Source: Psammoneis japonica (Eukaryota). Taken from it: a stretch of DNA of 64,000 nucleotides. Numbering within the stretch: the first letter of the stretch is position 1; every line of letters begins with the position of its first letter. The translations under genes were made by a program, and so were the position numbers. Of this stretch, positions 50,417 through 62,117 are shown one piece after another. The DNA lies in the NCBI GenBank assembly GCA_008632985.1, contig QPGO01000024.1, forward strand, positions 635,848 through 699,847, read 5' to 3'. Below the pieces are notes generated by a model, which had not been told where the DNA came from, did no database searches, and saw nothing but the letters and a program-made list of their open reading frames with translations.

Positions 50417-51079
50417 TTCTCTGTATAAATTCTGCCGAACTTATTTGACCTAGAGAGACGCGAATTCTTGTCGGCAAATGTTTTGCGTTCGGTGATTTGG
50501 AGCCTGCGTTGCTGGGGTTGGTCCCCCACGGCGAAAGCTAGCCTGGAGGTACCGCCATCACTCTGTAGAGTAGAGCTAGTGGGCATAGGGTATTAGCTAC
50601 TTTAGATTTACGAGTAAGCTCGCTATGCAACGCTCTGCGCTCTCTCGCTCGCTCTTTCTGGTCTAGATGCTACTTCTACTCTAGCTAGAGTGTAGTAACT
50701 AGACTAGTAGAGTAACGGCAGCACGGTATGATAGGTAGCCTAGACTAGGCAAGGTACGATTTATTAGGCAACAGTTGCAATCAAGCAATCAATCAAATCA
50801 ATCAAAAGCATGGCAACCGGGGGAGCTCGGGCGCCTGTTCACTGTTCACAGTCCGAGCGCCGTTTTTTGTCGCCGACATGTACGTACACATCAGTAAAGC
50901 TTTCTGCACGTAAGAAACATACCACAGCTTCCGCACGTACGTGTTTTGGCGGGTGATGTCGGATCTCGAGCGCGAACCACACGCTTTGCGTCGCGTTTTT
51001 CTCGGCATCATCCAGCATCATCTATCCTTTCTCACTAGATCGCACACTTTTTATCCACTAAGCCCAACTAGGAATCACC

Positions 51080-52305
51080 ATGATGCTTCGTGCCTTTGTC
51101 CTTTCCGTGGTTGCCGCCACAGTGATGGCGACAAGCTCTGCTTTTGCGCCATCAATTGGTATGTAGAAATTCACGCATCTTCTCCGAAACGAGGGAAGAG
51201 TGACCTGCTGAGTTGTTACGTACTTTGGTGTATCTAACGGGACATTTTTATTCGTTGCTTTACTCACTCTATAGAGCTCGGCAGAAGCAGCTTCCGTTCT
51301 GTCCCTGCAGTTGTTCAAAATTCTAGAGTGTCGTCCTCAGCTGCGTCAGGAAGCAAGACTCAGCTCAACATGGCTGCCACGGTGGACTTGAAGGGAAAAG
51401 TGGCATTCGTTGCTGGAGTTGCTGACTCTACTGGATATGGCTGGGCTATTGCAAAAGCATTGGCCGATGCTGGTGCCACAATTATTGTTGGAACCTGGCC
51501 ACCGGTTCTCAAGATTTTCCAGATGGGTCTGAAAAAGGGTAACTTCGATGAAGATTCCATCCTCTCAGATGGATCCAAGATGGAAATCGAAAAAATTTAC
51601 CCCCTTGACGCCGTTTTTGACGTTCCTGAAGATATTCCTGATGAAATCAAGGAGAACAAGCGTTACGCAGGACTTGATGGATTTACCATTGAGGAGGTTG
51701 CGAAGGCTGTAGAGGCTGACTATGGAAAGATCGACATTCTCGTGCACTCTCTTGCCAATGGACCGGAGGTTACCAAGCCACTTCTCGAAACCTCGAGGAA
51801 AGGATACCTTGCTGCTTCATCGGCGTCTGCCTACTCCGCTGTTTCTCTTCTTCAGAAATTCGGACCTATCATGAATGAAGGGGGGTCCATGTTGTCTTTG
51901 ACCTACGTTGCATCCGAGCAAGTCATTCCTGGCTATGGTGGTGGCATGTCGTCTGCTAAAGCCCAGCTGGAGAGTGACACTCGTACGCTCGCTTATGAGG
52001 CTGGACGCAAGTGGAGTGTGCGCGTGAACACGATCAGTGCTGGACCTCTGAAGTCTCGCGCCGCATCTGCTATCGGCAAGGAGCCCGGCCAGAAGACTTT
52101 CATTGAGTATGCAATTGACTACTCCAAGGCAAATGCCCCTCTAGGACAAGACCTTTACAGCGATGATGTCGGAAGTGTTGGGCTTTTCTTGTGCTCCGAC
52201 ATGGCTCGTTGCGTCACTGGTACGACCATGTATGTCGACAATGGTCTCAACGTCATGGGAATGGCACTTGACAGCAAGGCTATGGAAGGAAGCCAAGGCA
52301 ACTAA
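51080..52305 (+). CDS. fabI: Plastid enoyl-ACP reductase (FabI/ENR); first intron from ~51160
   Basis: Signal ending [69 protein letters not shown]. Confidence 0.96.
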
Positions 52306-52448
52306 TTTTACCCGCAGTCAGTCCTGTTTTCCACTACGTCTTTCCACGCCTCACACGATTTCAAGCTATAATAGAGTATCGAGACTCATAGTAATCCAAG
52401 TTCAAGTTCTAGAGTTTCTCAAAATTTGTGTTTCAACTATCGTCTTTG

Positions 52449-54228
52449 TCATACTTTTGGTACCGCTGAACTCAAGAAAACTTTGCTCGCGACACCTACT
52501 TTGCCCATTGTCAAGAAGAATACATCACGAAACTTAGCGACGAGTCCTTTTCCAGCCTCGAGATAGCCCAGAAAGGCAGCCTTGACGGATATACTCGTCG
52601 TTTTAGGCCATCGCGTTTCTTCGTATGCCTTGAGAAGTGCCTTTGTGTCCATTTTTGCTTCTTCTTCTTCTGCGTTGGTTCCGTCCATTGCAGCAATCTT
52701 GTTATTCAAGAAAACTTGCTTTGCCAGGCAATAAGAATCTTGAATTGCCTGGTTTGATCCTTGGCCTAAGAATGGAGGCATTGCGTGAGCTGCATCACCT
52801 GCCAGTGTGCAAAACCGTCCTCCTGATCCATCCACCTCCTTACTCCATCCACTCAGACTGAAAGGATTGTGAAAATATACACCCAACTCAAAGAAGCGGT
52901 CGGAGTTTTCAATAACAGGACGAATTTCGAATGATGGGGCGTCGTTTTGACTGAGTTGATTCAGCATTGCACTTCGTGTATCTTTTGTTGACCGAACGTC
53001 CTGTCTCCAATCAGCGTTTTCATCGACGTTCCCAGCGGATGACGACCCCGCCTTTTTGAAGGGACCAATGTAGTCGTCATCAAGAAATACTAGAAAAGCG
53101 GATTTTGTTGCTGGGCGCTTTGAACCAGCACCATACACCCCGCTCACTCCGTACAAACCATTTCCAAAATATTGTCGAAGTTGCCCTTCTGTTTCACTTG
53201 CTAGTGACGAATCGCCGTCTTGGACAGCGTATCGAATTCGAATGCCAGAATATATGGCAGACCCAGTTTCTCTCCTCACTTCTCTTGAAATCTTTCCTGT
53301 TTCAATAAATTCTTTGACTGCAGTCTTGATGCCATCACAACCAACAACCAAGTCAAACTTATCATGTTTCGTCCCATCATCAAACTCGCAAGTAACGCCA
53401 CCACCTTCACTACTTTGAATACCCACAAGTGTTTTGCCGAAAGATACCCGCTTGGACGTTTGTTGAGGGAGTGTGTTCATGAGAGCTTCCTATTGAGATA
53501 ACAGACAGCAAACGTGAATTCGAGATCTCGTTTAGTGGTCGCCTGTCGCGACGATCTTTCCCGTACCTGCAGTGCTCCACGCATGATGTATAACACATAA
53601 GCTCACCGTCCACAATAAGTTCCTTTTCAGTTTCTCCTCCAGTTGATTTTATTGCTCGCTCAAGATCGATTTCAAGTAGCGTATCAAACGGCACACTGCT
53701 GTCAACCATGGTTTTGTTCTGGATTGAATGCGCCTGATGGGCAAAGCCGCTTTAGCAACCTCCTTTTGAACTCTCGGATTAATTTTGCGTAGTACGCTCA
53801 TTCCTGAGATAACATGAGGCAGCCAGTAAAGCAATTTCGTGGACTGGTCGTCTTGGAAAACAAAGAGGGAGACCCAACAACTTACCGCCGTTGATCTGCA
53901 CGCCAGCTCCGGCACCAAAATCCAATGAGGGTCTAGAATCAAACAACGAGACCTCTACGGGTATTCCATCGCCCATGGCAGCAAGATCTGGAGAATTTTC
54001 AAGAGCATGGGCAAGCGATAGACCAGCTATCCCTGTACCGATAACAGCCACACGCCTGATCGGAGCATTTTCGTCTGGAACAGCTTTTGAGACAAGCGAA
54101 GAAGCTGGAGAAACGCTTGAACCCAGCAGTACAAACAAGAAACAATACAGAACAATTTCGCGACGCCTTGGTACCATTCTGGTGCTCATCCGCAATATGA
54201 AAGGAGGAACGAATGCCGATTCAGACAT
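52449..54228 (-). CDS. FAD-dependent monooxygenase (ZEP/UbiH-like class), multi-exon
   Basis: VAVIGTGIAGLSLAHAL, GAGVQINGG, DLVVGCDGIK, LAGDAAHAMPPFLGQGSNQAIQD. N-terminal hydrophobic signal. Confidence 0.85.
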
Positions 54229-54629
54229 GGCGAGAGCACCGCAATTCGTGCGTTGTGTTTAGTTGAAGATGCGAGATGGGTCGATGTCGATGCTGTGATG
54301 GCAAGCATGTACCTTCATGGCATATAGCGATTAGCGATGCATGCTGTGGATGCATGGGAAACTTCAAACTGATGAAATCGCACGTCCATCAACCGGCAGA
54401 GCTAGGCTCTCACTCGCTCTGATCTCGTCGCCATACGCTACGGTACCAACGACTTTGTTGAAAATATCAAGTCAGAAGCGTACGGACAGTGAGAAAGCTA
54501 CTACCGGTAGTAGTGAGACAAGTAAGAATCAGAAAAAGTTCGTGATCAAGAAACTTTAACATTAACGTCGAGCCTTTCGTCGCCACTCAGTTAAATATCC
54601 AGCAAGAAATGCTCTCACAGGAAAGCTTC

Positions 54630-55253
54630 TTAGAAGACACCCTGTCCATCACCGAAGGGGGAGATGTGTCCATCGGCGTATTGCTCGTACATGGTTTGTC
54701 CGGTGAGAACCTCAGCAACCATGTTACCCATGATACCCATCATAGCAGCACGGCCGTTGTTGAGCTCGACATTAAGCTTGCGGGCCTTCTCTTCGGGGTC
54801 CTCAATATCGGTACCGAAGTAACCAACACCATAGTCTCCGTCGTACTTGGAGGCAGGCATCCAGGCGAGCTCGACAAGGGCGAAGAAAGCAAGGATCTGG
54901 GCAAGTCCGGCGGTGGGGATTGCGCGGATTCCGTCAATGCCGGTGGGAACATCGGAGAACTTGAGGTTGTTGGAGGGGGAGAGGTATCCATCGAAGACAA
55001 TGTGGTTGTTGTGCACGATGACTCCAACAACGGCAGCCATTGCGACACGTCCGTGCTTACGCTCGACGGCACGACGACGTTCGAAGGCCTGGGGCTCGGT
55101 CTCGAGCCATCCGAGGGGATCAAACACACCTAGGGGTTCAGTGACTCCAAGCTCGAGCTCGTTGACATTGAGGGTGGTGGAAGCCCGTCCGTTCTGGGCA
55201 GGGGCGAAGGCGGCAGCAGAGCTGATGAGGAGGGCGGCGACGGCGAGCTTCAT
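54630..55253 (-). CDS. Lhcf: Fucoxanthin-chlorophyll a/c binding protein (Lhcf; FCP-A-like), copy 2
   Basis: Encodes the same 207-aa protein as 31095-31718; ATG at 55253. Confidence 0.97.
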   Translation of the reverse strand: MKLAVAALLISSAAAFAPAQNGRASTTLNVNELELGVTEPLGVFDPLGWLETEPQAFERRRAVERKHGRVAMAAVVGVIVHNNHIVFDGYLSPSNNLKFSDVPTGIDGIRAIPTAGLAQILAFFALVELAWMPASKYDGDYGVGYFGTDIEDPEEKARKLNVELNNGRAAMMGIMGNMVAEVLTGQTMYEQYADGHISPFGDGQGVF

Positions 55254-55662
55254 GGTTGCTAGTTTTCGATTCGAGCAGAAAGTAAAAAGCAGATTGGTGA
55301 ACGGAGCATTGTACACCGCGGTGAAAGATACGTGGAGCTTCGGTAGTTGAACTACGTGTACAGAGGATTCAGTACGTTTGCCGTTGGATTCGGAGGATAC
55401 TTCAACTTGCGCGTGTGCGCGAAAAACAACGCGCATTGAGATGCCCACATCCAATGGCCAGAGCGACAGACACACTGACACGGAAAGCGAGAGAGGCCGC
55501 CATCAAGCGACAAGCGACAACATCGAAGCAACAAGCAACAAAAACAACGACAATAAGGCAACAATACAGCAGCCCAAGAGCCAAACACCATTTACCCTGG
55601 CTGTACGGAAACAACTCATAAGGCATCGATACGGGATCAGAGATAAATCAACTGCTAAAAGA

Positions 55663-56708
55663 ATGCAAAGTGCTTCCAAACAATCCTTTCGACTCGCCCG
55701 CGATAGTGATTGGAGCGGCCTCGTGTCACTCTTGAAAACTTCTCCCGATTCAGCTTGCTTGTATTGTCCGCCGTACGCTACAGATATCACCAAGAAACAC
55801 TGCTGCACGTTGTTTGCTACAATTCAAGTGTGACACCTGAAGTCGTGGAAGCAATTATTTCGTTGGATGCGAATATAGTGAGCAAATGCAACTGGCTTGG
55901 AAAAACAGCACTTCACATTGCGTGTGCGATTGGTGGAGCCCGGAGTGTCATAGTCGGACTGTTAGTAAAGGCTCGACCGGATACATCCAGAATAGTTGAT
56001 ATCGAACAGCATGTTTATCCTCTTGAGATTGTATGTCAAAAATTAATCATGAAGGAAGAATTGGTAAAGTATTCGAGAGACGAACAAGAAACCGTTGAAG
56101 ATTTGTGGCATTCCTGCCGGTTTCTAATGGAAGGATTTCTATATTCAGCGCCACAATATACTTCTGATGAGCCATTTTATTTGAAGGAATCACAGCCTAT
56201 GCTTCCTTTGCTTATAAAGATGGGTAGTAACTGCCCCGTGTTTCTGTGGGAACGAGCACTTGAGCGATTCAAGGATGACTTGCTCACACCCAGCGGGAAC
56301 AATAACGACCTCCCACTTCACGTTGCTGCATCGATGCCACCTCGTGAACTCGAGGAAGAGGATGAAGGTACAGACCATTTGTATGACTTGATACGTCTGT
56401 GCCCAGCTGCTGCAAGCGTTCGAAATCGTGAAGCATCCTCTGGCCAATCTCTGCTGCCACTGCAATCCGCAATTAGAAGTGGGCGAGGTTGGATCACGGG
56501 GATATCAGCACTCTTGTCCGCGCACCCCGCGGCACTGGAGAGTCTCGACTTGGTAACTGCGTGCTATCCGTTTGTGTTGGAGAAACTGACCCAGCCACGA
56601 AAGAAGCCGCAGTATGAGGAGCAATGCTTGAGTACCCTCTACCAATTGTTCTTGTCAAAGCCGGACTTGTTGGCGTATGCCGCCAGTACTGACACAGTAC
56701 AAAAGTGA
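55663..56708 (+). CDS. Ankyrin-repeat-like protein, apparent -1 frameshift near 55790
   Basis: ETLLHVVC, GKTALHIAC, YPLEIVC, LPLHVAA, LPLQSAI..GRGW..GI..LL.AHP.AL. The N-terminal MQSASKQSFRLARDSDW lies in the neighbouring frame. Confidence 0.7.
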
Positions 56709-56750
56709 TTCTATAGTGACCCATCAATTTTCTTGCTGGTTTGCAGTATT

Positions 56751-57611
56751 TTAGTTTTCTTTATTGGTACTGGTGTCACTCTTGCGATGAGCTCCACCGA
56801 AAAGACTGCTGAACCATTCTTCTTCGTCCATGCTGCTTTTTGTGAGTCGTTGAATCGGAAACGTAAAGTTCACAATCTTGGGATGAACCGAGAAACGAAT
56901 CTTCCTTCCCTTGGTGGCACGTCGGTCCACTCCTTGTCGTTTCGAGTTTTGCATGACACGACGATGCGACTGCTGAGCACTTTCTCCTCCGCCAGCACAT
57001 GACAAGAAATCCTGCAGCATGTGTTGATAAAGTTTTTCGTCCTGAAATATGGAGTCTGATTCCTTTTGATGATTACGCATAACGTCATGTGATGCTGTGG
57101 AAGTCACTTGATCCCAGAAATTGGAATCCATAACTTTAAACTGTGTCTTGGACGTAACACCCGCGTGTAGCTTCAAATCGTCATGTCGTCGATTCAAAAC
57201 CTCCTTCCACTCCTCCCGGCACACATTGTACTCTTCTTCAAGAACCTCTTGTAATTCTTGTTCATCTGACTGCTCCACGAGCTCCTTGTACTTGTTGTCG
57301 TTTGTAGCGTCGTTGTCTCCCAGCAAGAGCTTTTGTCTAGCCGCGAGTAAATTCGACAAGACGTCGTTACAAACCTCAAGCTCGTCTCTATCGTCTCTGC
57401 GCGAAATAGCTTGTTTGTTTAATTGCGGTTGCATCAGGATGCGGCATTCCATCAAGTGCTTGTACAACCGCGTTTGCCCTTGTGCTGCCTTGGTCTTGGC
57501 TTCGTTCCCCGAATGCTTGGACTTTTTGCTGCGCCTTTCATCTTCCGAATCCAATTCTTGAATGGTGGAAAAGATCAAGGACGCGCTATTGTTTCTTCTC
57601 TTTCTCGACAT
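56751..57611 (-). CDS. BFR2: AATF/Bfr2 family ribosome-biogenesis protein
   Basis: IFQDEKLYQHMLQDF...VDRRATKGRKIRFSVHPKIVNF.FP...FSSLFG matches the TRAUB C-terminal motif. Confidence 0.85.
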   Translation of the reverse strand: MSRKRRNNSASLIFSTIQELDSEDERRSKKSKHSGNEAKTKAAQGQTRLYKHLMECRILMQPQLNKQAISRRDDRDELEVCNDVLSNLLAARQKLLLGDNDATNDNKYKELVEQSDEQELQEVLEEEYNVCREEWKEVLNRRHDDLKLHAGVTSKTQFKVMDSNFWDQVTSTASHDVMRNHQKESDSIFQDEKLYQHMLQDFLSCAGGGESAQQSHRRVMQNSKRQGVDRRATKGRKIRFSVHPKIVNFTFPIQRLTKSSMDEEEWFSSLFGGAHRKSDTSTNKEN

Positions 57612-58098
57612 GGCGTATGGACCGGGAAACACCTCTCTAGGTAGCCAATCAGGACTCGGGGAGGATCGATAATCAATAATAGAGAGACAAGCTCACACAA
57701 AACCACATACAGCAGTGATAGATGGAGCATCAACACAGAAGAAACACGAATAAAAAATGAGCTGAAGCAGACAAAAAAGCGCGGGAAAGGGGCGAGTGGT
57801 GCGCATTCGCTTTGGCTTTATTTCATATCAGGATTCCTCATTCCTCACCGATTCGTTCCTAAACTCATGTTAGACATGCGCAAGAAAGGAATCTTGATTC
57901 GTTTTGTGTCTTTCAGGCGACTGATACAGTAATTCAATCTCTGCTCTTCTATTCTGCTATATCTTCCCGCCGCCCTCCCATGATCCCATACCGTACCATG
58001 ATGCTTGTACTTGTTCTTGCCGCTGCCTCTAACTGGTAGGCTTACGAAGTGCTTGCGAAGAAAGAGCAGTGATTATTACGTCTCATCATTTTATTACA

Positions 58099-59219
58099 AT
58101 GTCGGATCAGCAAGCTACCGTCGAACCTACCGCTCCTTCCGACGAGAGTAGTAGTAGTTCGCTGTTGAGTCGTTGGGATGCAGCCGTGGGATTGGTGGAG
58201 TCTTGTCCGTCAGACGCGATACCCTTGTTGGAAAAGCTCCAAGTAGATGCGTCGACTCTTGGCCTATTTTCTCCGAATGAAACAATTGATGACGTTGGGT
58301 CGAAGTCCATTCCTCTCTTGGGTTAGATTACTACTTGGGGATGGCACACTTGAACGTTGCGTGCATGGGAAAGGAGCGATTGCTGCACCTCGAAAAAGGC
58401 ACGCACTTTCTCACGAGCTTTTTACATCGTCTCGAGGAATATGAGCTCTTGTCCGCCGACCAAGCAAAGGATTACGATGAAATTCGAGATTTGCAGGAAA
58501 ACGAAAACAGCGACGAGGTCGTCTTGGGTGGTACACGCAACAGCAACATTACTCGCGAACAAAAGATTGCTCGATATCGCGCCAAACAGGTCATACAAGA
58601 AGAAATACAAAAACTGCAGGCTCTACAGAAACGTCGAAGTCGACTTGATATTGCAGAAACAGAACAAATGGATGGACACGACCAGGAATCACTCGAGCGA
58701 AACTTAGCCGTGTCCTTGATTCAGGTTCACGCCATTTCAGCTATTGACGAGTGGCACCAAGCGCAACGGGAACTTCCAATGGTAAAAATGATGATTCAAG
58801 CGCAAGATCAAAATGCTGGTGTTGCTCCACCACGGCCACCACCGCCTCCTACCGGCAGGCCACTACATTTGACCCACATTACCAAAGACAGTGCTACGGG
58901 ACAATTGAATATTCAAAAGGAGGAAATCCGTTCCAAAATGTTTCGTCCTTCTTGGAACCAACCAACCATGACCTTGAAAGAATTGGGCGACATTGAAGTG
59001 GCACAGGCTCGAGAGCGAGAGGCAAAACAGGCGCAAGCAGAATTACAACAAAAAGACAAACCAAGACGTTATGAACAACTGCTGGCGGATGGACAAGAAG
59101 ACAATGCCGACCTGGTTGACGCCAGTGCCAAGATGGACCGCGAGTGGGATGACTTTAAGGATGCCAATCCAAGAGGATCTGGCAACAAAATGGGCGATCG
59201 AGGCAATAGGAATTTTTGA
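58099..59219 (+). CDS. TAP42: PP2A regulatory subunit TAP42/alpha4 (IGBP1), apparent 1-bp deletion at ~58323
   Basis: LGLFSPNETIDDV, REQKIARYR, PTMTL.E, REWDDFKDANPRGSGNK. Confidence 0.9.
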
Positions 59220-59409
59220 AACTACAAGTACACTACATTATTCCTACTCTCTATTCCGTTGTTCGTTCGTTCGTTGGCAAGGTTGGCGAAAGGGACTGTA
59301 CTCCAGAGTCGAATCCAACTTGGCGGCTTTTAGAAGCTGAGTGTGAGATAGCTTTTCATTGGCGCTGTTGGATGATGTCGGCTGCTCGTCCCCGAAAAAA
59401 TAAAAAATA

Positions 59410-61760
59410 AAAAGCATTCTCAAGCAAAAGTGCGATCTCGCTGCATCCACATCCGAGGGGGTGAATCCGTCATGGCGTCTTCCAGGAATGACTGTGCATC
59501 CGCGTGGTGCACAAAGGAGAAAATCAGCCACAAGCTGCCGCGCCACATTTAAATGACATTGGAGGGACTGCCCACCAGAGGATTGTAGATGAGCAGGAGG
59601 TGTTGTTCTTTTGTTCCATGCAATGACACACGTTCTGTCCTGATGAAAGAGGGTCATCCGCAGTTTTGTCGGATTCTCCAAAAATGGACAACAGCAAGTC
59701 AGAAGTCCTGCAAAGCTCCAAGAGCACAGTGCCTCAAGCAGGGCACATATTCTTCAGATGAAGAAAAATGGTTTCAGTCTTCTCAATGCTTTGCACATTG
59801 TGTGTGCCCACAACATTCTTGCTTGCTTGTAAGTCAACATCGCACGCTGGAATCCATTGGCCCTTTGGTGGTTGAATCTGTGCACAATCAAATCTTTCCA
59901 CTTCTGCTGACCCTCAGCCAATGATGTCTTCATGCCCATTCTTGAGATTCTGAATGTCACAATGACTTTGGCATTCTGTGCTCCCTCAGCAAACCGGTTT
60001 AAAAAGACATGCTTTGCTTTTCACTTGGCCCCTTCAGTGCTGGCTGGGCAAGTTCAATGTGGCATGATCTTCTCTGGCTGCAGAGCTGTCATTCCCACAA
60101 CACAACTTCTCACTGCTGAAAGGCAAGGGAATGGTTTGATTCCCACCAGTGACTCCTTTTTGTCTTTCAGTTTGAGAGCTGGTCTTCATTTAGCAGCAGC
60201 AAATGCAACTGGCTCATTCGTTTGACATTTTTTCCAAAAAAGCAGTCATGTCCATTGTTTTTAAACCCAGCCATCATTGCCAGCAACCAAATCTCTTTTG
60301 CACAAATGCCCAGCTGTTTTCTCTCAACTTCTGGGGCTGGCAAGTTGCCAGCAATGGTTGCACAAATGTCAGCAACACATGTGCTCCCCAACTCAATGCC
60401 AAAATGAGAACATCACAATTGCAGAGCTCTGCTTCTGGCAAAAGTTTGGCTCCACCTTTGGCTGTGCCTCTGTTGACTTTGTTTTTTGTTTTTTCTTGAT
60501 GGGCTCATCTGGTGCCAGCTCTAACTTGTCATTTGTGCCCCTGTTGAATGTTCTGGCTCTCTGTGCCAGGGGTGGTGGTGGTGGTGGAAAGCTCCAACTT
60601 CAAATGAGTGAAAATCCCATTTGTTGGCTTGCCCCTTTTGAAAGTGCACCACCACTGTTGCTGAGTTTGACAGATCCACTGGTGTGTGCCTGGCAGTGTC
60701 CTCCATTGTTGGCAAGCCTGGAGGAGGAATTGTCAGCAGCACTTGCTTCTGGCAACAAATCTGGTTTGTTGGCACTCTCAGCTCCAGGCTCCCACAAGAA
60801 ATTTGTTGTTTTGCAATGTGCCCCCCCCCCCCCCTCCCCTGTGCCAAGCAAAAGCAAGCCCAATGACCTGAGAGCAGGCACCATCTGCACAGGAGTGGCC
60901 CTCTCCACTGACACAAACTCCCTCAACAACAGCCACCAGCTGCTGTGGGAGTGAACTCATCAGCACCAGCCATGCTGGCAGCAGGTGTGACAATGGTCAC
61001 AGGAGCGTTGACACTCAGATGACAATGACAAACAAGTCAATGACAACAGACAAAAGAAACCAAGAAAATGTTGAGCTTTCTTTTGGCATGAGAGTTGAGA
61101 AACATCTTTGTCCATGCATGCTGAAGTTGATGTTCATTGGCTTTGATGACAGAAAACAAGGTTCAACTGCAGCTGGGGGAAACTTGTGTGTTGGCTCCAC
61201 ATTTGTTCTTTCTTTTCTTGGCTTGGGTTTGCACAATCCTGTCTGGACAGTTGCTGATTGCTGCACCACCCATTGTCTGTTTTGGACTTGACCCTGGACT
61301 GGCATGTTGGATGTGCAAATGCTGGATCATTTGGTGTGTTTCTCTTTTATTTGTTGGACTCCAGAACCTCTGCTCTTGTCAACACTCGCATTGCACTTGC
61401 ACAAGCCCCACACTGACATCCCAGATCTTTTCAACTGTTGCACAGCTTGTGGTTTGCAACTGTTGGCACTCCTCTGTAGAGGAGAAACTGTTTCAAGTGG
61501 TTGTGTCTCTCTAGCCTGTGCAAGTGTTCCAGTCAACAGTGTCTGCCACGTTGACAACAGCAGTTGCAGCCATGAGCATGTCTCTCTGTGTGATCATGCA
61601 AAATGATCCCAAGGGCAATTTCTCTCAATGGGAAATGGGTCTGTCATTGTGGGCATCACACATGAGAAACATGCCCTCTAATCTCTAACCTTTGGTTGAA
61701 AGCTCACGCAACTGAACTTGTTTCTTTGTTGTCAGAGTGGGAATGATCTTTCTCGTTTGT
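59410..61760. mobile_element. Island 4: TpA/CpG-depleted repeat island
   Basis: Same dinucleotide signature and spurious six-frame ORFs as islands 1-2; no family recognised. Confidence 0.7.
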
Positions 61761-62117
61761 GGTCTTGTCCAATCGTTGGATCTAATCGGCGTCTTGCTAC
61801 AAGGATTCTTGCCTTGTCAAAAATGTAAAATCTGAATGCTCACCTCTCGGTGCTAGGCTCTTTTCGCCTTACTTGGCTAATCATACCAAGCTCATAGTGG
61901 GCGGCAAACACAGCAAATGAACGAAAAGGACGATGAGTTTGACGCAATGTCTCTCTACAATGTCATCATCAACATCTCTTTTTGTACATTTGAAGCATGA
62001 TTGGAGAAGACAGTGACAGATAGAAAAACAAGAAGCCTATTCCCTTCGATAATTCACCAATTCTAGGACCACTTGGAATTTTTCCCCGAGTCTTTCTCGT
62101 TACTGCCAACTCTAGAC

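Noticed and set aside
26780..58330. Programmed -1 ribosomal frameshifting in four genes
   Set aside because: No slippery heptamers at the sites; single-base sequencing deletions are more parsimonious.
5690..61760. Classical fungal RIP as the cause of island composition
   Set aside because: RIP converts CpA to TpA and raises TA content; here TA is removed and CA/TG gained, and the duplicated FCP genes are unaffected.
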